A stretch of DNA of 64,000 bases from Candidatus Kaiserbacteria bacterium (GCA_031430855.1 JANPCG010000012.1:496-64495), one strand, 5' to 3'; shown: positions 10,105-20,626, counted from the first letter of the stretch. Translations and numbers: made by a program. Notes: generated by a model not told the origin, from the letters alone.

Positions 10105-10442
10105 ATAACAAATGAAGCGCAGGTAGCCCTGCAACGCTCATTCATAAAAAACGATCATAGAACGCCAACCCTGGCGGAATTTTTTATGTCAGCTGTCGTT
10201 CGAGCAGATAACTCTCTAAGCAACTTGAATACGTTGCGAGGATTACGTGGCGCCTACCCTAGAGTAGGAGTGCTGGGTAATCCCTTAGCGCGGTATTCAC
10301 TTTCAATGCGGAAGCATTGCTTAGAGAGTTATACACTTGAACGGATCAAAAAACTGGATGATGACTCTTTTCTGAAACGACTATATCACAGTAGAAATAA
10401 AATACAGCTTGACCGCAGTAAAATGTAACGTCAGGTTGTAAT

Positions 10443-10472
10443 AAAAAAAGCGACCGGTATGGTCGCTTTTTT
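10443..10472. terminator. Bidirectional rho-independent terminator
   Basis: aaaaaaagcgacc-ggta-tggtcgctttttt. Confidence 0.7.
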
Positions 10473-10475
10473 ACA

Positions 10476-12221
10476 CTACACTATATGACTGGTGAAATCG
10501 TCCTCGCCATTCACGGCAGTTGGAGGGAGTGGGGTCATTTCACTGATGTTACCTTTAGTGTTTGAGAGATCAACCACTCGTTCCAATTCATCGAGTGAGG
10601 TCATGCCACTGAGTACTTTTGTGACACCGTCTTGAGCCATGGTGGGAATCCTTTGCCCTTTAGCAGCCTCTAGAATAAGATGTTCGCGCGGGTCACGAAT
10701 TACTACTTCTTCAACCGCGTTATCGATTATTACTGCTTCAAACACACTTGCGCGTCCCTTAAATCCGGTGTTTCCACACGCTGCGCAACCGACCGATTTA
10801 AATAATATCAAAGGTGAAGGAACTATTAACGGTTCAGGATAATCTTGGGCAATGCGGGTTACTAATTCCATCTCTCGCTGCCCGGCTTCATATGATTGTT
10901 TGCACTCAGTACAGAGAACTCGGACCAGTCGTTGCCCCAACATGATATTAACCGAACTACCGATAATTCGGGGATCAACCCCCAAGTCTATGAGTCGGGG
11001 GAAACCCCCAACAGCACTATTGGTGTGGAGAGTTGAAAATACCAAGTGCCCCGTTTGGGCGGCATGAATAGCCGTTTCTGCTACTTCATGGTCACGAATT
11101 TCCCCAATCATAATGATGTCGGGGTCTTGCCGAAGAATGGCGCGCAGGCCAGACGAGAACGAATAGTCAGGTCCAACTTGGGTTTGTACAATTCCCTCGA
11201 GTTTATATTCAACAGGGTTTTCAATGGTAATAATTTTCTTTTCACTGTCATGAACCGCCCGCAAAAAAGCATAGAGTGCGGTGGTCTTACCCGATCCGGT
11301 TGGACCAGTAGTAATAATCAAACCGTTTGGTCGTTTGAGTTGATCCTGCATTACCTTTAGTAAGAGAGGATTAAGATCTAATTTATCCATGCTAAAACTG
11401 GCAACGCCAGGATCAAGTAAACGCATTACCATTGATTCGCCAACCGCACCCGGAATAATCGAAGCCCGCACCTCAATCTCACGTTCGCCAAACACAAACT
11501 GAAAGCGCCCATCCTGCGCTTCTTTTCGCTGATTAAGCGTCATCCCAGAGAGTAGTTTTAAGCGAGAGATGATTCGTCCATATAACATCTGTTCCAAATT
11601 AAAGATATCGAGGAGCACTCCATCGAGACGATACCGTAAACGAATTGTTTGGTTTTCCGGTTCGATGTGAATGTCCGACGCCTTTAAAGCGAGTGCCCCA
11701 GCAAAAATAAGTTCTAGTGTTTCAGATATGCGCCGGGGACTATTAATGGTGCCAATGTGGTTAAAGGCAGCTGCAACATCAGAAATATTAGAAATTACCT
11801 TAGCAGACTTGAGGATGTCGTCGGGGTTTATGTCCAGCACACCGCGCTTGCTCGCGGTGGCGTTTTTGTGGTCAGCGTACCGAGCAATACCGTGATCAAA
11901 ACTACTTCCAGAAACTAAATAAATTTTTGGTTCCAAACCACGAGTGCGAATGAGTTCGAGTATGCGAATGGTGTCAGGACTATTAGGGCTCGTGGTTCCG
12001 ACCGAAATAATATTTCGGGCTAAATCAAATCCTACAATGCGCCCCAGTCGAGCCTCAGCTTCGGGAATCTTCATTAATGCTTCGGGGTTAATGGTGTAGC
12101 CGTGCAAATCGATATACTCGTATCCGTACTGAGGGGCCATGGCCTGGACCAATTTTTCCTCCCCGCGCTTACGGAGTTCTGCGATATGGGCATTTGAAAC
12201 AGCGTCGTTAAATTGAGGCAT
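10476..12221 (-). CDS. pilB: Type IV pilus assembly ATPase PilB (GspE family)
   Basis: N1 domain, Walker A GPTGSGKTT, tetra-Cys CxxC..CxxC; start placed at MPQFND (ATG 12221) with AGG upstream, whereas the track start 12326 adds an implausible basic leader. Confidence 0.85.
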   Translation of the reverse strand: MPQFNDAVSNAHIAELRKRGEEKLVQAMAPQYGYEYIDLHGYTINPEALMKIPEAEARLGRIVGFDLARNIISVGTTSPNSPDTIRILELIRTRGLEPKIYLVSGSSFDHGIARYADHKNATASKRGVLDINPDDILKSAKVISNISDVAAAFNHIGTINSPRRISETLELIFAGALALKASDIHIEPENQTIRLRYRLDGVLLDIFNLEQMLYGRIISRLKLLSGMTLNQRKEAQDGRFQFVFGEREIEVRASIIPGAVGESMVMRLLDPGVASFSMDKLDLNPLLLKVMQDQLKRPNGLIITTGPTGSGKTTALYAFLRAVHDSEKKIITIENPVEYKLEGIVQTQVGPDYSFSSGLRAILRQDPDIIMIGEIRDHEVAETAIHAAQTGHLVFSTLHTNSAVGGFPRLIDLGVDPRIIGSSVNIMLGQRLVRVLCTECKQSYEAGQREMELVTRIAQDYPEPLIVPSPLILFKSVGCAACGNTGFKGRASVFEAVIIDNAVEEVVIRDPREHLILEAAKGQRIPTMAQDGVTKVLSGMTSLDELERVVDLSNTKGNISEMTPLPPTAVNGEDDFTSHIV

Positions 12222-12336
12222 AGGTGGCCTTATTGTAGCATTACGTCTCCACCGTCTGGAGGAAACTCTGTTACCAAAGTAACCGAAAAACTGCCACCTC
12301 GCCTTGCGTCTTCCTATCAGGTACAATGCCTTTACT

Positions 12337-12789
12337 ATGGAGACTCAAACAATTTCGACAGTTGACGAGCTCGGGGTGTTTTCAGAGGAACTCCTCACCC
12401 GGTGGCGCAAAGAAACTGCCGACACTGGCGCTTTGGTGGTTGCCTTACACGGAGATTTGGGTGCGGGTAAAACAACATTTGTACAAACTGTTGCAAAGGC
12501 GCTTGGTGTCATTGATACCGTGACGAGTCCAACGTTTGTGGTGATGAAATCATACGAAACAACAGACTCCATTTTCTCAACATTGGTGCATATCGATGCT
12601 TACCGGATTGAAGATAGTGATGAAATGCGCCCGTTGTATTTTGATCAGATAGTACTGACGCCGAACACACTCGTGTGTGTTGAATGGGCTGAAAAAATCG
12701 CTGCGAAGTTACCCGAGCAGGCGTACCACATTACGTTTATTCACCAGCATGAAGATGAACGAACACTTACCTATGGCTTCAAAAAATAA
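12337..12789 (+). CDS. tsaE: tRNA t6A biosynthesis protein TsaE
   Basis: P-loop GDLGAGKTTF and SPTF motif; start at METQT (track ORF starts 12304). Confidence 0.75.
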   Translation: METQTISTVDELGVFSEELLTRWRKETADTGALVVALHGDLGAGKTTFVQTVAKALGVIDTVTSPTFVVMKSYETTDSIFSTLVHIDAYRIEDSDEMRPLYFDQIVLTPNTLVCVEWAEKIAAKLPEQAYHITFIHQHEDERTLTYGFKK

Positions 12790-15169
12790 TTCAGATAAAA
12801 AAACGTTAGTCTTGCTTGATTCTCACGCAATTTTACATCGGGCGTATCATGCGCTACCCGATTTTGCGTCACCGTCAGGCGAGCCGACTGGGGCGCTCTA
12901 TGGTGTGGTCGCTATGCTCTTAAAAATTATTGAAGATTTTAAACCTGACTATATCGCGGCCTGTTTTGATCTTCCTGAACCAACCTATAGGCATGAGGCC
13001 TACGCCTTATATAAAGGAACACGGAGTAAAACTGATGACTCCCTGGTCGCACAAATTAATCGCTCCCGAGATATATTTGCCGCGTTTGGGATTCCCATCT
13101 ATGAACATCCGGGTTTTGAAGCTGACGATATGTTGGGTACGATTGCGTATCAAACGAGAGATGATAAAGATCTACGGGTAATCATTGCCTCAGGTGATAT
13201 GGATACTATGCAGTGTGTTGATAAAAAACGGGTACAGGTATATACCTTAAAGAAGGGTATCAAAGACACCGTGTTGTATGACGAAGAGGCAGTTAAAGAT
13301 CGGTTTGGCTTCCTTCCTAAACTCGTTCCTGACTACAAAGGACTACGCGGTGATACGTCAGATAATATTCCAGGGATAGTTGGAATTGGAGAAAAAACCG
13401 CTACTGATTTAATTACCCAGTTTGGTTCAATTGATGATATTTATAAAAAATTAAAAAAAGATGAAACGCAGTTTCTCGCAGCAGGCATTAAACCTCGGAT
13501 TGTAGGGCTATTAAAAGCCGGTGAAGAAGAGGCTCAATTTTCAAAAATGTTGGCTACTATCCGGACGGACGCCCCGGTTACCTTTGTGCCGCATACCACG
13601 CATTGGCAGGAGCGAGCAGACACAGAGGCGATTCTAAATTTATTTAGTGAGTTAGGGTTCCGCACCTTAGGGGCTAAAATTAAAACCCTCTTTGCGCTCG
13701 CGGCTGATGTTCCGGATGATCCAGCGGAACGAGGAGTCTCTCCGGAGTCGGTACACAAGGCAGCTGTTTTGCTCTGGCTTTTGGAATCAGAACGTACTAA
13801 CGCCAGCTATACCGATATTATTGATTATGGTCGATCGTATTTTGAAACGGCTGATTTTATTCAGATTTTAGAAAAATTAGAAACGGCGGTAATGGGTGAC
13901 CCTGGCCTGGCTTCAGTCTATGTCACGATTGAAGCGCCTCTCATGCATGTTCTCTCTCATATAAATGCCACCGGCATCACACTCGACGTTTCGTATTTAG
14001 CGGGACTCTCTAAAACGATGCACACAGAGTTAACAACACTCGAGGTAAAAATCTACAAACACGCCGGTCGAGAATTTAATATCAACTCCCCTAAACAAAT
14101 GGGAGATGTCCTCTTTGATGATTTAAGACTAAAACCAAAAAACCAAAAGAAAACCGCCGGAGGGCAACGTTCGACCAAAGAATCAGAATTAGATAAGATG
14201 CGAGAGGACCATCCAATTATTACTGATATTTTACGTTATCGAGAATTACAAAAATTAGTTTCAACCTACATAGATAACCTGCCACCACTTGTTAGTTCTG
14301 ATGGTCGTTTACGGACAACCTTTGTACAAACGGGGGCAGCAACTGGGCGAATGGCTTCGCAGAACCCAAATTTACAAAATATTCCAATTCGTACCGAAGA
14401 GAGCAAGGCAATCCGCCAGGCATTTATTGCATCTCCGGGATATACGATTGTTTCCATCGATTATTCTCAGATTGAATTACGGATTGCTGCTATCCTTTCT
14501 CAAGATGAAAAGATGATTGAAATTTTCACTCGGGGAGAAGATGTGCATACGGGTGTTGCGGTTCGTGTGTTTGGTGTGAAGCCTGAGGAAGTGACTCGCG
14601 AGATGCGCCGCAAAGCCAAAGTCATTAACTTCGGTATTCTGTATGGAATGGGAGTAAACGCGTTGCGGGGAAATTTAGGTGAAGGGACGACAAGAGAAGA
14701 GGCTCAGGAATTTTTTAATGCGTACTTCAACACTTTCACCCGACTGGCTGAATATCTAGAAGAAACCAAAGCCTATGCCCGCACCAATGGTTTTACTGAA
14801 ACCTTATTTGGACGTCGTCGTCATTTTCCTGGTATGCAATCGACCGCTCCTTTTATTCGGGCCCAGGCAGAGCGCATGGCAATTAATGCGCCCGTGCAAG
14901 GTACGGCTGCGGATGCGATGCGGGTAGCAATGAATCGAGTATATACATACCTTGGAAACGAACAGAAGTTAGACGACGTACGGATTCTTCTTCAGGTTCA
15001 CGATGAATTGTTATTTGAAATTAAAGATGATGTCCTCAAGGAAGAGATTCCAAAACTAGTTACCCTGATGGAGGGTGTTCTTGATCAGTATGAAACGTAC
15101 GGTATACCACTTCAGGCAGATGTCGCTGTCGGTCCAAATTGGGGAATGATGAATGATTGGGAGGGGTAG
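12773..15169 (+). CDS. polA: DNA polymerase I
   Basis: 5'-nuclease N-terminus (LLDSHAILHRAYHAL); family A polymerase motifs (RRKAKVINFGILYGMG, QVHDELLFE); start at MASKNN, overlapping the tsaE end. Confidence 0.9.
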   Translation: MASKNNSDKKTLVLLDSHAILHRAYHALPDFASPSGEPTGALYGVVAMLLKIIEDFKPDYIAACFDLPEPTYRHEAYALYKGTRSKTDDSLVAQINRSRDIFAAFGIPIYEHPGFEADDMLGTIAYQTRDDKDLRVIIASGDMDTMQCVDKKRVQVYTLKKGIKDTVLYDEEAVKDRFGFLPKLVPDYKGLRGDTSDNIPGIVGIGEKTATDLITQFGSIDDIYKKLKKDETQFLAAGIKPRIVGLLKAGEEEAQFSKMLATIRTDAPVTFVPHTTHWQERADTEAILNLFSELGFRTLGAKIKTLFALAADVPDDPAERGVSPESVHKAAVLLWLLESERTNASYTDIIDYGRSYFETADFIQILEKLETAVMGDPGLASVYVTIEAPLMHVLSHINATGITLDVSYLAGLSKTMHTELTTLEVKIYKHAGREFNINSPKQMGDVLFDDLRLKPKNQKKTAGGQRSTKESELDKMREDHPIITDILRYRELQKLVSTYIDNLPPLVSSDGRLRTTFVQTGAATGRMASQNPNLQNIPIRTEESKAIRQAFIASPGYTIVSIDYSQIELRIAAILSQDEKMIEIFTRGEDVHTGVAVRVFGVKPEEVTREMRRKAKVINFGILYGMGVNALRGNLGEGTTREEAQEFFNAYFNTFTRLAEYLEETKAYARTNGFTETLFGRRRHFPGMQSTAPFIRAQAERMAINAPVQGTAADAMRVAMNRVYTYLGNEQKLDDVRILLQVHDELLFEIKDDVLKEEIPKLVTLMEGVLDQYETYGIPLQADVAVGPNWGMMNDWEG

Positions 15170-15219
15170 TGAATGCCACTCATCTATTGAATTAAATTCT
15201 TTGTTACAATACCCGCACT

Positions 15220-15921
15220 ATGATTCATCTCTATTTTGGTAATGATACAGTCGCTGTAAGGCAGCAGGCTCTTCGGGCAGTCGAGTCTCTTGCGTTAGAT
15301 GACGTGCGGGTCACGCGAATTGAAAGTGCGCAATTTGAGCCGGGAATGATTACTAATTTATTAGGGGCAACGTCATTATTTGGCGGTACCGAACTCTATG
15401 TTTTGGATACTCCTTCGGATGATGGGGAATTCTATCGTGAAATTATTGCACAGGTTCCCGCCATGGGGGAGTCCCATAATACCTTTGTAATTATCGAAGG
15501 AGCACTCCTCGCTCCAGAACGGAAGAAATTTGAAAAATACGCATCAGTTGTTGTGGAGTCTAAACGTGAAGCAGGGGAACGATTTGATGTGTTTAAAATG
15601 GCTGAGGCCCTCAGTAAGCGAGATAAAAAGACGCTGTGGGTATTGCTCCAAGAGGCAAAACGAGCAGGACTTTCGGCCGAAGAAATCATTGGTACCTTGT
15701 GGTGGCAACTCAAGACATTGCGGATAGCTGCCCAAACTGCAAGCGCAGAAGCAGCGGGGATGAAGTCGTATCCGTATGACAAAGCGAAGCGTGCGCTTGG
15801 TGGTTTTAAAGTTGGAGAGATCGAGAAATTATCAATTGATTTGTTGCTGGTCTATCACGAAGGTCACGGGGGAGTACGGGATACCGATGAGGGTTTGGAG
15901 GAGTGGGTGTTGCGGGGGTAA
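15220..15921 (+). CDS. holA: DNA polymerase III delta subunit-like
   Basis: 233 aa with a delta-like N-terminal domain; short for HolA. Confidence 0.4.
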   Translation: MIHLYFGNDTVAVRQQALRAVESLALDDVRVTRIESAQFEPGMITNLLGATSLFGGTELYVLDTPSDDGEFYREIIAQVPAMGESHNTFVIIEGALLAPERKKFEKYASVVVESKREAGERFDVFKMAEALSKRDKKTLWVLLQEAKRAGLSAEEIIGTLWWQLKTLRIAAQTASAEAAGMKSYPYDKAKRALGGFKVGEIEKLSIDLLLVYHEGHGGVRDTDEGLEEWVLRG

Positions 15922-15924
15922 TAT

Positions 15925-15960
15925 AAAAATGGAGTCGCCTCAGTGAGGCGACTCCATTTT
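15925..15960. terminator. Bidirectional terminator hairpin
   Basis: aaaaatggagtcgcctca-gtg-aggcgactccatttt. Confidence 0.65.
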
Positions 15961-16157
15961 CAGTCTTTGTTGTTGCTTGGTCCAAGTACGCAAGCAGTGA
16001 TTGCGGCTTGGGCTTCCGGACTGATATTGCGAGCAGTAGGTAGACCAACATCAGAGGCAGGATCAAAGGCGGGGAGACGTGTTTCGGCGGCATGTCTCAG
16101 AAAAGCAGCTACCTCCGGATCGGATGCAGCAACTTCTGCGAGGGTTTGTCTTGGCAT
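15960..16157 (-). CDS. Small GC-rich hypothetical protein (65 aa)
   Basis: AGGAA Shine-Dalgarno 7 nt before the ATG; locally elevated GC; no recognisable domain. Confidence 0.3.
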   Translation of the reverse strand: MPRQTLAEVAASDPEVAAFLRHAAETRLPAFDPASDVGLPTARNISPEAQAAITACVLGPSNNKD

Positions 16158-16598
16158 GACACATTCCTTTCAGGGTTTCTGTAGAAAGTATACTATAGGA
16201 TTAGAAAGTGGACACGGGTTGCTAAGCATATTCGTTCGTTCTTTATTTGCATCAGGGGGTATCGGTCCCTACGAGACCAGTATAAGTAGGTTTTTTGTGG
16301 TCACGGTAAAACATAATCCCATTATGTTTTACCTAACTATAATCATTTGCTACACTCTAATTCTAGTAAGTACTCGCGACATTACCTCGCGGTTTCTGGC
16401 CCTAGGAAGGGTCCAGAAACATCGCTGTGTTTAGCACTAGAACACGTATCTGCCGCAGGGCAGGTGGTCACGGGTTACTAAGTAAAATATTTCACTCCGT
16501 TCATATTTATACTAAGTACCCTCGACCCCGCCTCGACTGTCGCAAGGCGACATGTCTCCGTCTCGCACAGACGCCACACCTGCCGCAGGGCAGGTGCT

Positions 16599-16640
16599 AA
16601 AACAAAACCACGGCTACATTCGTAGCTGTGGTTTTGTTTT
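16599..16640 (-). terminator. Long hairpin terminator downstream of tRNA-Lys
   Basis: aaaacaaaaccacggctac-att-cgtagctgtggttttgtttt, 19-bp stem. Confidence 0.6.
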
Positions 16641-16647
16641 GCGTCTG

Positions 16648-16720
16648 TGCGCCCACCAGGGATCGAACCTGGGACCTTCTCCTTAAAAGGGAGCTGCTCT
16701 ACCGGCTGAGCTATAGGCGC
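16648..16720 (-). tRNA. tRNA-Lys (anticodon UUU)
   Basis: Hand-folded cloverleaf: acceptor GCGCCTA/TGGGCGC, D-arm GCTC/GAGC, anticodon loop CTTTTAA, T-arm CCAGG-TTCGATC-CCTGG; no encoded CCA. Confidence 0.85.
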
Positions 16721-16873
16721 ATGTGTATTCAGTTGTATGCGGAGCTTTTCCTTAATAAGGGCAAAGTGCATGGGATGCAGTTTGCGCGGACCGAGGTGAG
16801 CTAAAAGCGCATGTGTATTTCCTCATTCTTACTTTTTGCTTGTATGCTCAAAAAGTTGCTGCACTATACCATA

Positions 16874-17311
16874 TTAAATCGGTAAATCAAACGCAAGAAT
16901 GCCAGCTCCCGTAATAAACAGGCTCGCAGAAATTGCTAATAATAGGATGAGTGAGAGAGGAGATGGAATGCTCCCGTTAGGAAATCGTTTATGCCAAATG
17001 AGCAGCTTCATACCCAAACCAATACTCATAATAGCTGCGACTTGTGTGAAGAGACCAAGGATAAATAATCCCCCAATGATACATTCACAAATGATTATCA
17101 GGGTGAGAATTATTTTGCCATTTTTTATAATTGGCCAGTGAATCTGGGGAGCTATAGTATTAAAAGTAATACCCTGTTTACGGGCCTGGTGTAAAAACAC
17201 GATACCAATAACAATGCGTAAGAGAGTATAGGCAATTAATGAGAGGAATTGGAGTGGGAAGAGGTTTAGCATAGCAGTTTGTGGTAGTCTACCATGAATG
17301 AAATACGTCAT
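16874..17311 (-). CDS. DoxX-like 4-TM membrane protein
   Basis: 145 aa with four predicted TM helices. Confidence 0.35.
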   Translation of the reverse strand: MTYFIHGRLPQTAMLNLFPLQFLSLIAYTLLRIVIGIVFLHQARKQGITFNTIAPQIHWPIIKNGKIILTLIIICECIIGGLFILGLFTQVAAIMSIGLGMKLLIWHKRFPNGSIPSPLSLILLLAISASLFITGAGILAFDLPI

Positions 17312-17759
17312 TTTGCATGATATTCGCAGTCACTATAACGTCGGAGCGATTTTTCGTACTTGTGATGGAGCCGGAGTAGATAAAGTATTTATAACAGGCT
17401 ATACTCCCGCTCCGCTCGATCGGTTTGGTCGAGTGGTACCTGAAATCCATAAAACATCTCTTGGTGCGAGTAGTATGGTTCCGTGGGAAAGGTTCGAAAC
17501 TACCGAAGCGGTGGTGTCTGATTTTAAAAATAAAGGAGTGGCAGTAATTGCGGTTGAGCAGAGTCCGAAGTCTATATCTTTGTATGATTTTACTCCGAAG
17601 GGTGATGTGGCGTACATATTTGGAAATGAAATTGAGGGAGTGCCACAATCTATTTGTGCGGTGGCTGATGCGGTGCTCGAGATTCCGATGAGAGGTCAAA
17701 AGGAGTCACTCAATGTATCAGTTACGGCTGGTATTGTATTATTTCATAGTCCGGTATGA
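17298..17759 (+). CDS. trmL: SpoU/TrmH-family tRNA 2'-O-methyltransferase (TrmL-like)
   Basis: 153 aa SPOUT fold: VILHDIRSHYNVGAIFRTCDGAG, IFGNEIEGV, SLNVSVTAGIVLFH. Confidence 0.75.
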   Translation: MKYVILHDIRSHYNVGAIFRTCDGAGVDKVFITGYTPAPLDRFGRVVPEIHKTSLGASSMVPWERFETTEAVVSDFKNKGVAVIAVEQSPKSISLYDFTPKGDVAYIFGNEIEGVPQSICAVADAVLEIPMRGQKESLNVSVTAGIVLFHSPV

Positions 17760-19267
17760 ACAACGTGTATAAAATATCAAAAAAATACCTAACCTCCGCA
17801 TTATTTGTGGCAATTATAACGGGAATTGCCTTGGGAATTGGTTTTATTGTGCCACCACTTGCGGGTCTCGCAGTAGTAGGGGTTGTGGGTTGTATCTATC
17901 TCATTGAGGGGGCAAAAAATCCCTGGTGGGCAGGAGTTTATATTGGTATCGCTTGGACGATAAAGTCTCTCTGTTCTATTTTATGGTTCTGGGCAGCGTA
18001 CCCAATTTCCTGGATAACGCTCACTTCACCGGTTACAGAAATTTTTATTATTTTTCTTCATTGGATGACCGGGGCTCTCTGGCTAGGGGCTGGTGGCGTT
18101 TTTTTTGGCATCGGATTAAAATATATAGAAGGGGTAAAAATCCTTCCCCGCCCCCTTTGGTATATTTTAGTTCCCGTATGGTGTGTGGTCGGTGAACTTG
18201 CTGGTGCCCTGACTTTTTCCTTTATTGGTTTAGGGCCAGGCTCTTACCTGCAAACCTATTTTAGTTTTGGTTTTATTGGCTACCTGCTTGGGTATTCGCC
18301 ATTTGGCATTGCAATAGCCCCGTATGGAGGGGTATATACCCTTACCGCCATAATGGCTTCGCTCGGGGTTTTCTTTTTTGTGGTACTTAAGAATCGTTCG
18401 TATCAGATTGGTTTGGCAGGCCTTGTCGGCGTAATCATTTGTGCGGTTGTGCCATTTTCCCTTCCTCCCACCCCCAGTAGTAATATGAGTGTCATTAGTA
18501 TCAATACTCGTTTTGACGCCTATTATCTAAGTAATCAAGCCGGGCAGCAGGGGAGAGCACAAACTCTCGAGACTGCGGTTACCGAAGCTCTCGTCTATAA
18601 TCCTCAATTTATTATCTTGCCCGAAGATTCTCGGTACCTGATGAGTCAGTTTGGGTCAGTACAAGAGAATAGTATTGTTAATAAATTTCTATTTACGCAC
18701 CCGGACGGTCGTTCAATTATTATTGATAGTGGACGAGAGGATTTATTAGATGGCACAAGTGTATTGCGAGCCCATCTTTTAGATGCTACCAATAACCAGT
18801 TTTTACAATTTGATAAACAGTATCTTGTTCCGCAAGGAGAGTATGTCCCGGCCCTTTACGGTGCAGCCATGCATTTGTTTGGGTATGGTCCCTTTGTTGA
18901 AAAGATTGAACAAAATAATTCCTATCGGCCAGGGCCATTCCTGCAAAGTGAAACTGTCCCGGCACATTTACCGGCAATACTTTTTTGTTTTGAAAGTGTC
19001 CGTCCAGATGGAGTTCAGTCGATTACTCATAATCGGCAGGTGCCATTCGTCGCTCATCCCATTTCTCATGCCTGGTTTCATTCATCGAAGGTGTTATGGC
19101 AACAACTTGATGTGATGCTTCAAATTCAGGCTCGCCAGTCTGGTGTACCGATAGTGAGTGCGGGAAATATGGTACCGGGCAAACTGTACTTACCTGACGG
19201 CACTATAGAGACCGGAGAATTACTAGTGGAGGGAGAGCGGTACGAACTCCGTTTATTTTCTTTTTAA
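17756..19267 (+). CDS. lnt: Apolipoprotein N-acyltransferase-like (multi-TM plus CN-hydrolase domain)
   Basis: About 230-aa polytopic N-terminus followed by a nitrilase-like domain with ILPE and ILFCFES (Glu/Cys) motifs. Confidence 0.5.
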   Translation: MNNVYKISKKYLTSALFVAIITGIALGIGFIVPPLAGLAVVGVVGCIYLIEGAKNPWWAGVYIGIAWTIKSLCSILWFWAAYPISWITLTSPVTEIFIIFLHWMTGALWLGAGGVFFGIGLKYIEGVKILPRPLWYILVPVWCVVGELAGALTFSFIGLGPGSYLQTYFSFGFIGYLLGYSPFGIAIAPYGGVYTLTAIMASLGVFFFVVLKNRSYQIGLAGLVGVIICAVVPFSLPPTPSSNMSVISINTRFDAYYLSNQAGQQGRAQTLETAVTEALVYNPQFIILPEDSRYLMSQFGSVQENSIVNKFLFTHPDGRSIIIDSGREDLLDGTSVLRAHLLDATNNQFLQFDKQYLVPQGEYVPALYGAAMHLFGYGPFVEKIEQNNSYRPGPFLQSETVPAHLPAILFCFESVRPDGVQSITHNRQVPFVAHPISHAWFHSSKVLWQQLDVMLQIQARQSGVPIVSAGNMVPGKLYLPDGTIETGELLVEGERYELRLFSF

Positions 19268-19279
19268 GAGGCACTACTT

Positions 19280-20557
19280 TTAACTCTCTCGTTTTGCAAG
19301 TTCTTCTTGAACCACCTGGGCATCGCTCCAGGGAATACGTGTGTTGTTTGGCCCCATAATATAAGGATCAGTTCCTTTACCTGATATGAGAACGTACCCG
19401 CCGTCAGGTACTTTTTGTAAAGCGGTAGCAATGGCAGTTCTACGGTCCATAATAATCTCAAGCTTACTCTGGTCTTCAATACCCTTTTTCATAGCTTCTA
19501 CAATTGCTCGAGGATTCTCATCGTACGGATCTTCATTGGTGAGAATGATATGATCACAATATCGTTCAGCGATGGCTCCCATTTCTGGCCGCTTCCAAGT
19601 ATCTCGTCCACCACCCGTATTGCCTAAGATACAAATCTTTGGTACTTCTGGAAAGGCTTTATAAAATTGCTCTAATGAGTCTGGTGTGTGGGCGTAGTCC
19701 ACTACGGCGGTAATCTGTTTTGCTGCAGTTTTGCTTGAATAAAAGTGCTCCACGCGACCCTTGAGTGGGGGAAGAGCACGAAGGGCTCCCTCAATTGTTT
19801 TCATAGAGACACCTAAGGCTCGGGTCAAGGTAATAGCGGCCAGCGCATTGTAGACATTAAAGAGTCCAACCAGAGGAACCCGGACGGTAGTATCCTCAAC
19901 TACTAAGGTCACGCTATCCTTATGTAGGGAATAGAGGGATACATCATGCAGACTATACGGAAGGGCATGTTCAACGGGAAAGTTAAGGAAGTCAGCCCCG
20001 TGCTCATTGTCTATGTTAGCGATGAGATAACGAGGACGTTTTTTGGATTGTGCTACCGCAGCCGCAATTTTTAATTTTGCATTTTTGTAATTCTCAAACG
20101 AACCATGTGACTCGATATGTTCTGGCGTGAGATTGGTAAATACCAGGGCATCAAACTCAATAAAACAATGTCGGAATTGTTTTGCCCCCTCGGATGTCAT
20201 TTCTAGAACGGCATACGTACACCCTGCGTCAACTGCCTGGCGGAGAAATCTTTGGACAAAGAACCTCCCCGGGGTAGTCATTTTAAATAAATTGGGCTTT
20301 GTCTTGTCACCAATAACAAACTGAATGGTAGAAAGGGAGGCAACTGAATTACCGTTCGCTCGTAGAATGGTAGCGATAATTTCAGTTACTGATGATTTCC
20401 CTTTTGTTCCAGTAACTGCCAAAACGGTGATATGTCGACTGGGATGCCGATAAATAACACTTCCGATAAACGCCAGTAAGTAATGGTATGCCGGACGAAT
20501 AACTGAGATGATTTGTCGTGGTAGTATTTTCTTTAGTGTATATAATAAGGTGTCCAT
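19280..20557 (-). CDS. Mur ligase family protein (MurE/MurT-like)
   Basis: P-loop TGTKGKSS near residue 50, LEMTSEGAKQ and NIDNEHG motifs; lacks the usual N-terminal domain. Confidence 0.55.
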   Translation of the reverse strand: MDTLLYTLKKILPRQIISVIRPAYHYLLAFIGSVIYRHPSRHITVLAVTGTKGKSSVTEIIATILRANGNSVASLSTIQFVIGDKTKPNLFKMTTPGRFFVQRFLRQAVDAGCTYAVLEMTSEGAKQFRHCFIEFDALVFTNLTPEHIESHGSFENYKNAKLKIAAAVAQSKKRPRYLIANIDNEHGADFLNFPVEHALPYSLHDVSLYSLHKDSVTLVVEDTTVRVPLVGLFNVYNALAAITLTRALGVSMKTIEGALRALPPLKGRVEHFYSSKTAAKQITAVVDYAHTPDSLEQFYKAFPEVPKICILGNTGGGRDTWKRPEMGAIAERYCDHIILTNEDPYDENPRAIVEAMKKGIEDQSKLEIIMDRRTAIATALQKVPDGGYVLISGKGTDPYIMGPNNTRIPWSDAQVVQEELAKRES

Positions 20558-20626
20558 TCATTTAGTATACGGACGAATTATGTTTTTGCCAAAGCATCAA
20601 ACCACCGGTTTTAAACGGTACTAGAT

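Noticed and set aside
10078-10428. 116-aa ORF as a protein-coding gene
   Set aside because: Its first codons sit inside a near-consensus promoter; kept only as a possible RNA locus (see findings).
16478-16771. 97-aa ORF
   Set aside because: Completely overlaps tRNA-Lys and its terminator.
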